Part shown: positions 38,089 to 48,034 of the stretch, piece by piece
How positions within the stretch are numbered: position 1 is the stretch's first letter
Layout of the letters: every line of letters starts with the position of its first letter
Notes under the pieces: generated by a model
Database searches by the model: none
Seen by the model: the letters and a program-made list of their open reading frames with translations, nothing else
What the model was told of the DNA's origin: nothing
From: an uncultured beta proteobacterium
Lineage (GTDB): Bacteria > Pseudomonadota > Gammaproteobacteria > Burkholderiales > SG8-39
Length of the DNA stretch: 64,000 nt
NCBI GenBank assembly: GCA_963735025.1
Contig: CAVTJG010000009.1
Coordinates: forward strand, 2,052,499 to 2,116,498
Direction: 5' to 3'
Program-made: the position numbers and the translations under genes

Positions 38089-38707
38089 ATGGGCGCAACA
38101 CCTGACGTCAACCTGATCGACGATCTGATCAGGCAGCGGCTGGACGAGATCCTTCCACAGAAGCTGGAGGAGAAGCTTGCCGAGCGTGACGCGAACCGGA
38201 CTCCTTCGATGTGCCTGATCGCAACCAAGGGGACACTCGACTGGGCCTATCCACCCTTCATCCTGTCCTCGACCGCCGCGGCACTCGGCTGGGACGTCTC
38301 GATCTTCTTCACCTTTTACGGGCTCAATCTGCTCAAGAAGGATATCTCCGACCTCAAGGTCAGTGGTCTCGGGAACCCCGCGATGCCGATGAAGATGCCG
38401 TTCGGCCCGGACTGGTTCAAGAAGATCAACTGGAACATTCCGAACGCCTGTCCAGGCGGTCATTCCGGGATTCGAAAACGTCGCTACCTCGCTCATGCAG
38501 CAGACCATCAAGAACAACGGCGTGGCGGAAATAGCGGAGCTACGTGCGCTCACGATAGAAGCGGGCGTGAAGCTGATCGGCTGCCAGATGACAGTGGATC
38601 TTTTCGGCTTCACGCACGACGATTTCCTTCCCGAAGTGGAGGAGTATTGCGGCGCCGCATCCTTCCTGCCGATGGCGCAGAAGGCCGACGTCAGTCTCTT
38701 TATCTGA
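38089..38707 (+). CDS. dsrE2: DsrE2-family sulfur trafficking protein with apparent +1 frameshift near 38449
   Basis: TKGTLDWAYPPFILSSTAAALG...FFTFYGL in one frame, GVKLIGCQMTVDLF in the next. Removing one base gives continuous WNIPNAVQAVIPGFENVATSLMQ. Confidence 0.85.
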
Positions 38708-38842
38708 GCCGTGTTTTCGATATTGGTCCGAGCGCCGGGACAGGCGCCGGACAGGTTCCGCCAGGGGACCGTGCATCGCTCGTAGCCCGGATCGTTGTGC
38801 GGTCCGTTTTCGGTCGGTTGTTCGGTGAAGCGGGGAGGCAGA

Positions 38843-40220
38843 ATGAAATTCAAGGAGTATTGCGGCGGCGCTCGCCGTCTCGGGGATCGTGATGCCCGGC
38901 GCGGCGTTCGCGACCGACGGCTATTTCTCGCACGGCTACGGCATGAAGGCGAAGGGGATGGGCGGCGCGGCGACCGCCGTTGCCCAGGACGCCTTCGGCG
39001 GGGCGAACAATCCCGCGACAATGGCCTTCGCCGGAAATCAATTCGCGATCGGCGTGGACTGGTTCAGCCCACACCGCAGCGCGGAGCGAGCGGGAAGTCC
39101 GCCCGGCGCGAATCTGAACGGGTCGGTCGACAGCGGCAGCACGAACTTCTTCATTCCCGAGTTCGGTCTCAATTACATGGTGCGCCCGGACCTTGCGATC
39201 GGACTGACGGTCTACGGCAACGGCGGTATGAATACGAACTTCCCGAGCGGGCAGATCAATACGCCCTCCGGGGTGGGGACGTGTAATTTCTTCCAGACTG
39301 GCGGGCTTGCCCCGGCGCAGCCCAGCTACAACCTGCTCTGTGGGAACGGCAATCTCGGCGTCGATCTGTCGCAGCTCATCATCGCGCCGACGCTGGCGTG
39401 GAAGTTCCTGGAAGGGCATTCGATCGGCATCGCGCCGCTGTTCGCCTACCAGCGCTTCAAGGCCGAGGGTTTGCAGGCATTCGCCGGGCTTTCGGCCACG
39501 TTCAATCCCGCCACCGGCTCCAACCCCAGCCTGACGAACAACGGCTACGACAGCTCGAGCGGTTGGGGCGTGCGCGTCGGCTACTACGGCAATCTCACGA
39601 AGCAGATCCAGATCGGCGCCTCGTACTCGTCGAAGATCAGCATGGGGAACTTCGACAAGTACAGCGGCCTCTTTGCGGAGTCCGGTGGTTTCGATATCCC
39701 GTCCAACTGGAGCCTCGGCGTCGCGTTCAGGCCCACGCAGGACTGGCTGCTCGCGCTGGACTACATGCGCATCAACTACAGCGACGTCCCAGCGGTCCAC
39801 AATCAGAGCAGCCTGATCGGCAACTGTCCGCCGTTCGGTACGAACGCGTCGACCTGTCTCGGCGGCTCGAACGGCGCGGGATTCGGCTGGCAGAGCGTCA
39901 ACGTGTTCAAGCTCGGCGCGCAGTATGCCGTCAACCAGGAGTGGACGGTGCGCGCCGGCTACAACTACACGCAGAACCCGATCCAGCCGCAGAACGTGAC
40001 CTTCAACATTCTCGCGCCGGGTGTCGTGCAGAACCACCTGACGCTCGGTGCGACATGGACCGACAAGCAGAATGAGGTCACTGGCGCGTTCATGTACGCT
40101 TTCCAGAACAGCGTAAACGGCCCGAGCCTGTTCAATGCGTTTCTCGGCACCACGACCATCCAGGAAAAGATCCAGATGTACGAGTGGTCGTTCGGCCTTC
40201 AGTACGCGCGTAAATTCTGA
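38843..40220 (+). CDS. FadL/OmpP1-family outer-membrane channel (apparent +1 frameshift in the signal peptide near 38855)
   Basis: GMGGA...NNPA hatch motif, beta-barrel strands, terminal Phe. ATG 38843 with GGAGG SD is one base out of frame with SIAAALAVSG...AFA. Confidence 0.85.
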
Positions 40221-40400
40221 TCGCGAGGCAGCGGCGCCAGGACGTACGTACGGTCCCGGGTCGTGCCCGCTCCAGCCTGAACCGTGACCCCCTCTGCGTC
40301 GCCTCTCCACGCCGTCTTTGGCGAGGCATAGGGGGGCGCGCACGACTATCTCGATCCGATCGCATGGCGTCTCTTGTGAAGATCGGCGCGGCGCGGCAAG

Positions 40401-40793
40401 ATGTGCGTCGTGAAGGAAATCCGCATCACTGACGTCGGCGCGCTGAAGAACGAGCTCGCGAAATACAAGAAGGGCAGGAAGCTCGAAATTCGGCAGTTCA
40501 ATCAGGTGGCGCGGCTCGCCTGGCTCGGCAGCGTGGTCCTCTCTCCGCTGGATCCCGAGGACCCCGAAAATCGCGCGTGGCTGCTGCACCTCGAGCCGCC
40601 GGAAGGTATCGCCGCGCAGTTCCTGGTCATCGACGAAAATCTGCTGCAGCGGATTCACATCCTCGATGCAGAGCAGGGCGAGCATCTTGCCGCGATTCTC
40701 CAGCAGGGCGTGCATGAGCGCGCCACGGCGCTCGAAGCGCTGAATCGGCGCGACTTCTACTTCGAGAAATTCTTCGAATCGGACGACGCATGA
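40401..40793 (+). CDS. Hypothetical protein in the lipoate-assembly tail
   Basis: 130-aa ORF with protein-like composition; its stop overlaps the next ATG (ATGA). Confidence 0.7.
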   Translation: MCVVKEIRITDVGALKNELAKYKKGRKLEIRQFNQVARLAWLGSVVLSPLDPEDPENRAWLLHLEPPEGIAAQFLVIDENLLQRIHILDAEQGEHLAAILQQGVHERATALEALNRRDFYFEKFFESDDA

Positions 40794-41620
40794 TTCCGGC
40801 GCGCTGCCTCGATCTGGGTTGCACGGATCCCCGGACGTTTCACTCGACCTACGCCGGGATCGCCGCGGCGCGATCGGACGACATGCTTCCGACGGTGGTG
40901 TGGGGGCGTGTCGCCCCGCACGTCTGCCTGGGCCAAAGCCAGGGCATGTGCGAGCTGGCGAGCCTGGTCGACGTTCCGGTCGTGCGCCGGCCGCTCGGCG
41001 GCGGCACGGTGTGGGTGGACGAGATGCAGCTGAGCTATGCGATCGTCGCTCCGCTCGAATCCGTGCCGTCCCGGCACGCGGAATGGTACGAGTGGGCGCT
41101 CGGTCCGGCAATCGCAACCTATCGGCACTTCGGGCTCGCGGTCGAGCTTCATGCGGAGGATCTGTGGCTTGCGGGCCGCAAGATTGCCGGCAGCGGGGCG
41201 GCGACGATCGGGCGCTCGGCGGTGGTCGCGTCAAGCTTTCTGTTGCACTTCCCGCGCGTGCGATTCGCGCGCGCAATTGCCGCCGCTTCGCCGCGATTTG
41301 GAACGCGCTTGCTCGAGGCGCTTGGCCTGGCGATGACGGACTGGTCCGAGCATGCTCCCGTGCCCGAGGGCGGGAGCGTGAAAGCAGCATTCACGGACGC
41401 CGTGGCCGGCAGGCTCGGATGGAATCTGAAACCGGGCGAAGTGAGTGGCGTGGAAGCTGCCGAAATCCGCAGCTGGCGCGCGGAGCTCTCGGAGCCGATC
41501 GAGGCGGGCATCCGGCGCGTGCCCGGCGGCGTAAAACTGAACGCGATGCTGACGCTAGCGATGGAGGGCGGCGCGCCGGTACTTCGTCGACGGGGCGCCG
41601 AGACGTCGGCACGAGCATGA
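40790..41620 (+). CDS. Single-domain lipoate ligase / octanoyl- or lipoyl-transferase-like protein (BPL/LplA/LipB family)
   Basis: RRPLGGGTVW, AGRKIAGSG; lacks a full accessory domain. Confidence 0.8.
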   Translation: MIPARCLDLGCTDPRTFHSTYAGIAAARSDDMLPTVVWGRVAPHVCLGQSQGMCELASLVDVPVVRRPLGGGTVWVDEMQLSYAIVAPLESVPSRHAEWYEWALGPAIATYRHFGLAVELHAEDLWLAGRKIAGSGAATIGRSAVVASSFLLHFPRVRFARAIAAASPRFGTRLLEALGLAMTDWSEHAPVPEGGSVKAAFTDAVAGRLGWNLKPGEVSGVEAAEIRSWRAELSEPIEAGIRRVPGGVKLNAMLTLAMEGGAPVLRRRGAETSARA

Positions 41621-41684
41621 CCCCCTGGCCGAGCTTGCGCCGGTCAGGCGACACGACAGATCAGCAAGGGAGGCAAGCAGCCAG

Positions 41685-42344
41685 ATGAAACGCCGAGGGA
41701 TGCTGAAAGGAACGCTGGTTGCGGCGGCTGCCGCGACCGCGTCGCCGTTGCGCGTGATCCAGGAGGCCCTTGCGCTGGGCGCGGTCGAGTCGGGCGTTTA
41801 CCGGATCAAGGGGACCGTGCTCGTGAACAACCGGACCGCCACGGAAAAGATGCCCCTCAAGGCGGGCGACGTGATCGTGACCGGGCGGGGCGCCGAGCTC
41901 GTGTTCGTGGCGAACAAGGATGCGTTCCTGGTGCGCGAGAATACCCGTCTCGTGCTGGGAGGGTCCACTGGCGCGATCATCCTGACCGGATTCCGCGTCA
42001 TCACCGGCGCGGTGCTCTCGGTTTTCGAGCGCGGGAAGCCGAAGCAGGTGGTCACCAGCACGGCGACGGTGGGCATACGTGGCACCGGCCTCTATGTCGA
42101 GAGCGCGCCGACGCGCAGCTATGTCTGCACGTGCTATGGCATTTCGGAGATCATCGCCAACGCAAACCCCAGTTATCGCGAGATAGTCGAGACGACACAT
42201 CACGATGAGCCGCGCTACGTGTTTGCAACGGGCGAGACCATGATCGCCACTGCGACGATGCAGAACCATACCGACGCCGAGCTCGTCATGCTCGAATGGC
42301 TCGTGGGACGCAATGTGCCATTTGCCGCCGAGGCCTACAAGTAG
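41685..42344 (+). CDS. Tat-exported FecR-domain protein
   Basis: MKRRGMLK twin-arginine signal; GDVIVTG, TATVGIRGT. Confidence 0.75.
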   Translation: MKRRGMLKGTLVAAAAATASPLRVIQEALALGAVESGVYRIKGTVLVNNRTATEKMPLKAGDVIVTGRGAELVFVANKDAFLVRENTRLVLGGSTGAIILTGFRVITGAVLSVFERGKPKQVVTSTATVGIRGTGLYVESAPTRSYVCTCYGISEIIANANPSYREIVETTHHDEPRYVFATGETMIATATMQNHTDAELVMLEWLVGRNVPFAAEAYK

Positions 42345-42442
42345 ACGGGTCAGGTGAGCGCAGAATCGTGCGGGGCAACCGGCTGCCGCCAGGAACGAAC
42401 CAGGTCATGCCACGTCCGACACATCCTACTATTGCATCGCGG

Positions 42443-42808
42443 ATGCGGAGGCGTTTCATATTGATGAGCCGGGACGAGCGGCTGGCTGGCGAACTGCGTG
42501 CCGCGCTTCCTGAGAAGTGGGAAATGAAGTCCGTCACGTCGCTCGAGGCGATCGGGGGATTCGAGGAGATCCTTCAACACTGCTTCATGCTGCTCGATCT
42601 CGAGGAATCGCAGGCGTTCGATCCGCTCGATGTGCTGCAGGAGCTGCGGGTGGATCTCATGCTGAACCTGCCGGTCTTCTGCGTCGGCGGTGCGCAGGAA
42701 CTGCGGGATGCGGCACGCCTCGCGCGCGCCGACCGGTTCTTCGGCCACGATGAGATCGTCGCTCGCCTGCCGGGCTTCTGCGAGCAATACAGGTGGGGTG
42801 CGAGCTGA
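42443..42808 (+). CDS. Hypothetical protein, possibly a degenerate receiver (CheY-like) domain
   Basis: 121 aa; FMLLDL, LPVFCVG and ADRFF are spaced like receiver strands. Confidence 0.55.
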   Translation: MRRRFILMSRDERLAGELRAALPEKWEMKSVTSLEAIGGFEEILQHCFMLLDLEESQAFDPLDVLQELRVDLMLNLPVFCVGGAQELRDAARLARADRFFGHDEIVARLPGFCEQYRWGAS

Positions 42809-42840
42809 TTCGCTGCGGCGCGTCGGCCGGAGTTGAAGTG

Positions 42841-44097
42841 TCAGGATTCCGCCTCGGGGATCACGCCGTGTCGCACGTAGACCGGGTGCATGGCCTTGCG
42901 CCAGGTCGCGTATCCACGGATGAACAACCCGGCCGACAGGGTCAGCAGCAATCCGTAGGCGACCAGCGTCCACCGCGCGCCGATCCATTCCGCCAGCGCG
43001 CCGGCGATGAAATTCCCGATCGGGCTCATGCCGAGGAAGATCATCACGTAGATGCTGATGATGCGCGCGCGCTTGTCCTCGTCGGCGATCGTCTGCAGGA
43101 TCGTGTTGGTCGAGGCGGCCGCGACGATGATTCCGAAGCCGAGCACTGGCAGGATCGACAGGGCGATCCAGAGGCGAGGCGCGACGGCGAACAGCGTCAG
43201 GCCGATACCGGCAGTCAGGCTCGCGCCGGCGATCATCTTGCCGAGCCCGCGCACCGAGCTGCGGAATGCGAGGAAGAGGGTTCCGCACAGCGCGCCTCCA
43301 CCCACCGCGCCGATGAGAAATCCGAACGTGCGCGAATCGCCTCCGAAGCGCTCCGCCGCGACGATGGGCATGAGGGGCTGCCAAGGCGCACTGAAGAACG
43401 AGATCGCCGCGACGAGCAGGATCAGGCGCCGCGCGGGCATCAGGCCGAACACCCACCGGAATCCGTCCGCGAGCTCGACGAACAGTCGCGCCGGCGCGCG
43501 CTCGGCGACGCGCGGCGTTATGCGCACGCGAGCATACGCAACCAGGATCGCGACATAGGATGCCGTGTTCAAGGCAAAGCACCAAGCCTCTCCGAATCCC
43601 GCGACGACGAAACCCGCCATGGTCGGTCCGACCAGCCGGGCGGTGTTGAACATCATGGACTGCAGCGCGATCGCATTGGGCAGGTCCTGCTTGGAATCCA
43701 CCATCTCGAGGAGGAACGCCTGCCGCGTCGGTGTCTCCACGGCGTTGATGAAGCCGAGCGCCAGGGACACGAGCACCACGTGAGTCGGTGTGACCACGCC
43801 GGCAAAGGTCAGCGTCGTCAGCGTGGCGGCCTGCAGCAGGGTGAGCACCTGGGTCACGATGAGCAGCTTGCGGCGATCGACGCGATCCGCAAGCACACCG
43901 GCGATGGGTGCCAGAAACAGCATCGGAAGCTGCTGGGCGGCCGCGACGAGGCCAAGCAGAAACGCTGATCCGGTCAGGCGGTACACGAGCCAGCTCGCGC
44001 CGACCGTCTGCATCCAGGTCCCGAATATCGAGACCGCCATTCCTGCGTAGAAGATCCGGAAGTTGCGCGAGTGAAGCGCGCGCAGCGCCTGCATCAT
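42841..44097 (-). CDS. MFS transporter (DUF894/MFS_3-like)
   Basis: GTWMQ, GVLADRVDRRKLL, about 12 TM helices. Confidence 0.9.
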   Translation of the reverse strand: MMQALRALHSRNFRIFYAGMAVSIFGTWMQTVGASWLVYRLTGSAFLLGLVAAAQQLPMLFLAPIAGVLADRVDRRKLLIVTQVLTLLQAATLTTLTFAGVVTPTHVVLVSLALGFINAVETPTRQAFLLEMVDSKQDLPNAIALQSMMFNTARLVGPTMAGFVVAGFGEAWCFALNTASYVAILVAYARVRITPRVAERAPARLFVELADGFRWVFGLMPARRLILLVAAISFFSAPWQPLMPIVAAERFGGDSRTFGFLIGAVGGGALCGTLFLAFRSSVRGLGKMIAGASLTAGIGLTLFAVAPRLWIALSILPVLGFGIIVAAASTNTILQTIADEDKRARIISIYVMIFLGMSPIGNFIAGALAEWIGARWTLVAYGLLLTLSAGLFIRGYATWRKAMHPVYVRHGVIPEAES

Positions 44098-44157
44098 GGT
44101 GCAGACCGATGATGAACTGCGGACGTGGGCCGCACCTCGACCAGGGTGCCGCCTTTC

Positions 44158-46968
44158 CTAGGAGACTTGCTCGCGCAGTTTCGCAAGCTGCTCGTCGAGC
44201 TTTTCGAGCGTGGCCTCGAATCCGGCCAGACGCTCGCGTTCCTGCGCCACGACGGGCGGGGGAGCTCGCTCGACGAAGCTCGGATTGGCAAGCTTGGTCT
44301 GAGCCTTTGCGACCTCGCCCGCCACGCGCGCGCGTTCCTTCTCCAGGCGCTGAATTTCCGCTGCGACGTCGATCTCGATCTTGAGCATCAGCCGCGTCTC
44401 GCCAGCGATCGCGACGGGCGCGTCCGCATCGGGAAGCTTCGCGACGCAATGTGCCTCGGACAGACGCGCGAGCACGCGCATGTAGGGAAAGAACCGCTCG
44501 AGCTCGGCAGTAGTGCCCTGGGCAAAGAGGGGGATACGCTCGCCGGGTGCGACACCCATCTCGCCGCGCAGATTTCGGCAAGCGTCGGTGAGCATCTTGA
44601 GCCGCGCGATGTCTTCCTCTGCCGCCGAATCGATTCGCTCCGGCTGCGCCTCCGGATATTTCGCGATCATCACGCTCGGGCCGTCCCTGCCCGCGAGCGG
44701 CGCGACTTTCTGCCAGAGCTCCTCGGTGATGAACGGGATGAGCGGGTGCGCGAGGCGCAGCGTGGCCTCGAGCACTCTCACCAGCGTGCGTCGCGTCCCA
44801 CGCTGTCGCGCCGGGTCCGGGTCCTGGAGCTGGACCTTCGCGAGCTCGACGTACCAGTCGCAGTACTCGTCCCAGACGAACCGGTAGACGGCGCTGGCGA
44901 CGTTGTCCAGCCGGTACTCGAGGAAGCCCCGCGCGACGTCGGCCTCGGTCCGCTGCAGCGCGCTGACGATCCAGCGATCGACGAACGAAAGTTCGACCGG
45001 CAGAGACTCGTCCGCGCCGCAGTCCTTGCCTTCGGTGTTCATCAGGACGAAGCGCGTGGCGTTCCACAGCTTGTTGCAGAAGTTCCGATAGCCCTCGCAG
45101 CGCTTCAGATCGAAGTTGATGTTGCGCCCGAGCGTCGCATAGGCCGCCATCGTGAAGCGCAGCGCGTCGGCCCCGAACGGCGGGATGCCGTCCGGATATT
45201 CGCGGCGGGTCTTGGCCTCGATGCGCGGCGCGTCCTCGGGCCTGCGCAGACCCGTCGTGCGCTTGGCCACCAGCTCGGGAAGCGCGACGCCGTCGATGAT
45301 GTCGACGGGGTCTAGCGTGTTGCCCTCCGACTTCGACATCTTCTTGCCCTCGGCGTCGCGAATCAGGCCGTGGATGTAGACGTGCCGGAAGGGGACGCGC
45401 CCGGTGAAGAAGGTGGTCATCATGATCATCCGGGCGACCCAGAAGAAGATGATGTCGAATCCGGTGACGAGCACCGACGAAGGCAGATACAGCTCGTAGG
45501 CCCGGACGTCGTCCCCTTGCGGATCGGGCCAGCCGAGCGTCGAGTGACAGACCAGCGCGGACGAAAACCAGGTATCGAGGACGTCCGGGTCGCGCGTGAG
45601 CGAGCCGGTGTATCCCGCCGCGCGCGCCTGGGCGTGCGCCGCATCGGCGTCGCGCGCGACGAAAATCTGTCCGCTCTCGCCGTGCCAGGCGGGGATCTGG
45701 TGTCCCCACCAGAGCTGTCGCGAAATGCACCAGTCCTGGATGTTCTCGAGCCACTGGTTGTACACGCTGGTCCAGTTCTCGGGGACGAAAGTCGTGTCGC
45801 CGCGCGCGACGGCCTCCAGCGCGACGGCCGCGATCGATTTGCCCGGGTGAAGCGTACCTTCGGGAGCGGGTTCGGACATCGCGACGAACCACTGATCTGT
45901 CAGCATCGGCTCGACGATCTCGTTCGTGCGGCCGCAGCGCGGGACCATCATCTTGTGCGGCCGCGTCGACTCGAGCAGCCCCTGAGTCTCGAGGTCGGCA
46001 AGCACGCGCTTGCGCGCATCGAAGCGGTCCAGGCCCCGGTAGGCGTCCGGTCCGTTCTCGTTGATCTTCGCGTCCAGCGTAAGGACGCTGATCGCGGGCA
46101 GCATGTGTCGATGCCCGACTTGCCAGTCGTTGAAGTCGTGGGCAGGGGTGATCTTGACGCACCCGGTGCCGAACTCGGGGTCGACGTATTCGTCGGCGAT
46201 CACCGGAATGCGGCGCCCGGTGAGGGGGAGCTCCACCTGCTTGCCGACGAGATCGCGGAATCGGTCGTCGCGCGGATTGACCGCGACCGCGACGTCCCCG
46301 AGCATCGTCTCGGGGCGCGTCGTGGCCACCACGACCACGCCGTTGCCATCGACTCGCGGGTAGCGGATGTGCCAGAGCTTGGCGTCCTCCTCGACGCTTT
46401 CCACTTCCAGATCGGACACCGCGCTGCGCAGCTTGGGATCCCAATTGACCAGTCGCTTGCCGCGATAGATCAGGCCTTGCTCGAACAGCCGCACGAAGGT
46501 CTCCGTGACCACCTTCGACAGCTTTTCGTCCATCGTGAAGTACTCGCGCGACCAGTCGCACGAATCGCCGAGTCGGCGCATCTGGCGCGTGATGGTCGAC
46601 CCGGATTCCGCGCGCCAGTCCCAGACCTTCTCGATGAAGCGTTCGCGGCCGATGCCCGCGCGCGACGTGCCCTCAGCCTCGAGCTTGCGCTCGACGACGA
46701 TCTGCGTGGCAATGCCGGCGTGGTCGGTTCCTGGCAGCCAAAGGGTATTGAATCCCCGCATCCGGTGGTAGCGCGTGAGCGCATCCATGATGGTCTGGTT
46801 GAACGCATGCCCCATGTGCAGCGTTCCCGTGACGTTGGGCGGGGGCAGCTGGATCGCGAAGCCCGGCGCGGCGCTCGACACCCCCGCGGCAAAGTACCCG
46901 CGCGATTCCCAGACGGGGTACCAGCGCTCTTCCGTGGCGCGGGGATCGAAGCTCTTGGGAAGTTCCAT
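44158..46968 (-). CDS. valS: Valine--tRNA ligase
   Basis: [31 protein letters not shown]-terminal coiled coil; ATG 46968. Confidence 0.98.
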   Translation of the reverse strand: MELPKSFDPRATEERWYPVWESRGYFAAGVSSAAPGFAIQLPPPNVTGTLHMGHAFNQTIMDALTRYHRMRGFNTLWLPGTDHAGIATQIVVERKLEAEGTSRAGIGRERFIEKVWDWRAESGSTITRQMRRLGDSCDWSREYFTMDEKLSKVVTETFVRLFEQGLIYRGKRLVNWDPKLRSAVSDLEVESVEEDAKLWHIRYPRVDGNGVVVVATTRPETMLGDVAVAVNPRDDRFRDLVGKQVELPLTGRRIPVIADEYVDPEFGTGCVKITPAHDFNDWQVGHRHMLPAISVLTLDAKINENGPDAYRGLDRFDARKRVLADLETQGLLESTRPHKMMVPRCGRTNEIVEPMLTDQWFVAMSEPAPEGTLHPGKSIAAVALEAVARGDTTFVPENWTSVYNQWLENIQDWCISRQLWWGHQIPAWHGESGQIFVARDADAAHAQARAAGYTGSLTRDPDVLDTWFSSALVCHSTLGWPDPQGDDVRAYELYLPSSVLVTGFDIIFFWVARMIMMTTFFTGRVPFRHVYIHGLIRDAEGKKMSKSEGNTLDPVDIIDGVALPELVAKRTTGLRRPEDAPRIEAKTRREYPDGIPPFGADALRFTMAAYATLGRNINFDLKRCEGYRNFCNKLWNATRFVLMNTEGKDCGADESLPVELSFVDRWIVSALQRTEADVARGFLEYRLDNVASAVYRFVWDEYCDWYVELAKVQLQDPDPARQRGTRRTLVRVLEATLRLAHPLIPFITEELWQKVAPLAGRDGPSVMIAKYPEAQPERIDSAAEEDIARLKMLTDACRNLRGEMGVAPGERIPLFAQGTTAELERFFPYMRVLARLSEAHCVAKLPDADAPVAIAGETRLMLKIEIDVAAEIQRLEKERARVAGEVAKAQTKLANPSFVERAPPPVVAQERERLAGFEATLEKLDEQLAKLREQVS

Positions 46969-47099
46969 GGTGGGGACGGGAGGCGCGGCGAGCCGCGAAT
47001 TATAGCCGATGCGGCGCGGCAACCCGCTGGTTTGCCGGGTGTTTTTCCCCGGGTGTTTATCCCCAGGTCCCGCGCAGCAACGGCAATTCAATGCGCGGG

Positions 47100-47525
47100 T
47101 CAGGGGACCTTCAGCCGCGCGATCTCTTCGCGGACGACCTGAGCGAGCGCTTCGCGGACCGCGCGGCGAACCTCGCTCTCGAGCTCGGCACTCGTGCGCT
47201 GCATGATTTCCTCGACCTTGGAGGTGACCCGCCCATGTACGCGTGCCTCGACCAGCCGCTCGAGCTCCGGGCCGATCAGATCAAGCAATTGAAGCCGCAG
47301 CTCGCGCTCGAGCGCTTCGACGTCCAGTTCCGGAGCAGCGGGCGAATCGGGTGTGGCGCCTGTTGGCGCCTGGGAAACCACGTCCGTGAGCAGGGGGAAG
47401 TCGAGCGGCGGCTCGGGGTGCGGCTGCATGCGCGCTGCACGATGCCGGGCCAGGAGTGCGTCGGCCTTCCCGAGCACCTCGTCGGCGCGGCCCAGCAGGT
47501 CGTCGCTGTCGTCATCGGTTGCCAT
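47100..47525 (-). CDS. Hypothetical protein between holC and valS
   Basis: FPLLTDVV motif plus helical tail; position typical of the proteobacterial holC-valS interval. Confidence 0.65.
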   Translation of the reverse strand: MATDDDSDDLLGRADEVLGKADALLARHRAARMQPHPEPPLDFPLLTDVVSQAPTGATPDSPAAPELDVEALERELRLQLLDLIGPELERLVEARVHGRVTSKVEEIMQRTSAELESEVRRAVREALAQVVREEIARLKVP

Positions 47526-47609
47526 GTGCGAGATATGTCTGGATACAGGGGGATACACCCCCCTTGACTCCCTGTTTCAGGGGAAGCTTTGATCTATTCG
47601 CCAACCCGA

Positions 47610-48032
47610 TCAAGGCTTCCCGAGGTGGTGAGTGTATATCTCGTACCCGCGTTCCCGGTAGAACCGGAACCGGTCCCGGGCCGCGGCCCGCCCTGGCTCG
47701 TCGCGTCCCACGATTTCGACCAGCCGCTGGAAACGCGCGAAGTGAGCCGGCCGATCGTCGCCAAGGTTCACGAGGACCTCGTCATGTGGCGTGGCGTCGG
47801 CGTCGGATGCAATCAGCACTGGCGTTTCGGCAGCCAGTCGATCATGCACCATGCAATGCGGCAGGAATCCGGTCGGGGGCGAGGTCCAGAGCATGCGGTC
47901 GACATTGCGTGCGACCTCGGCGTCGGGCGCAAAGATCAGCACCCGCAGCTTCTGCTGGGCGGCCTTTGCCGCGAGCCGGCATGCGACCTGGAGCCGGTCG
48001 GCGGCGTCGTGATAGAAGTCGATGCGCGTCAA
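47610..48032 (-). CDS. holC: DNA polymerase III chi subunit
   Basis: TTG start; TRIDFY, LW....FLPH, RFQRLVEIV, RDRFRFYRERGY. Confidence 0.92.
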   Translation of the reverse strand: MTRIDFYHDAADRLQVACRLAAKAAQQKLRVLIFAPDAEVARNVDRMLWTSPPTGFLPHCMVHDRLAAETPVLIASDADATPHDEVLVNLGDDRPAHFARFQRLVEIVGRDEPGRAAARDRFRFYRERGYEIYTHHLGKP

Positions 48033-48034
48033 CC

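Noticed and set aside
38440-38460. Programmed ribosomal frameshifting at the four broken genes
   Set aside because: No slippery heptamers or shared stimulatory signals; the genes are normally continuous, so sequencing error is more parsimonious.
42350-46561. 1403-aa minus-strand ORF (also 38850..41390, 846 aa)
   Set aside because: Alternative-frame or antisense shadows of valS/MFS and fadL; Arg/Ala/Pro-rich with no domains.
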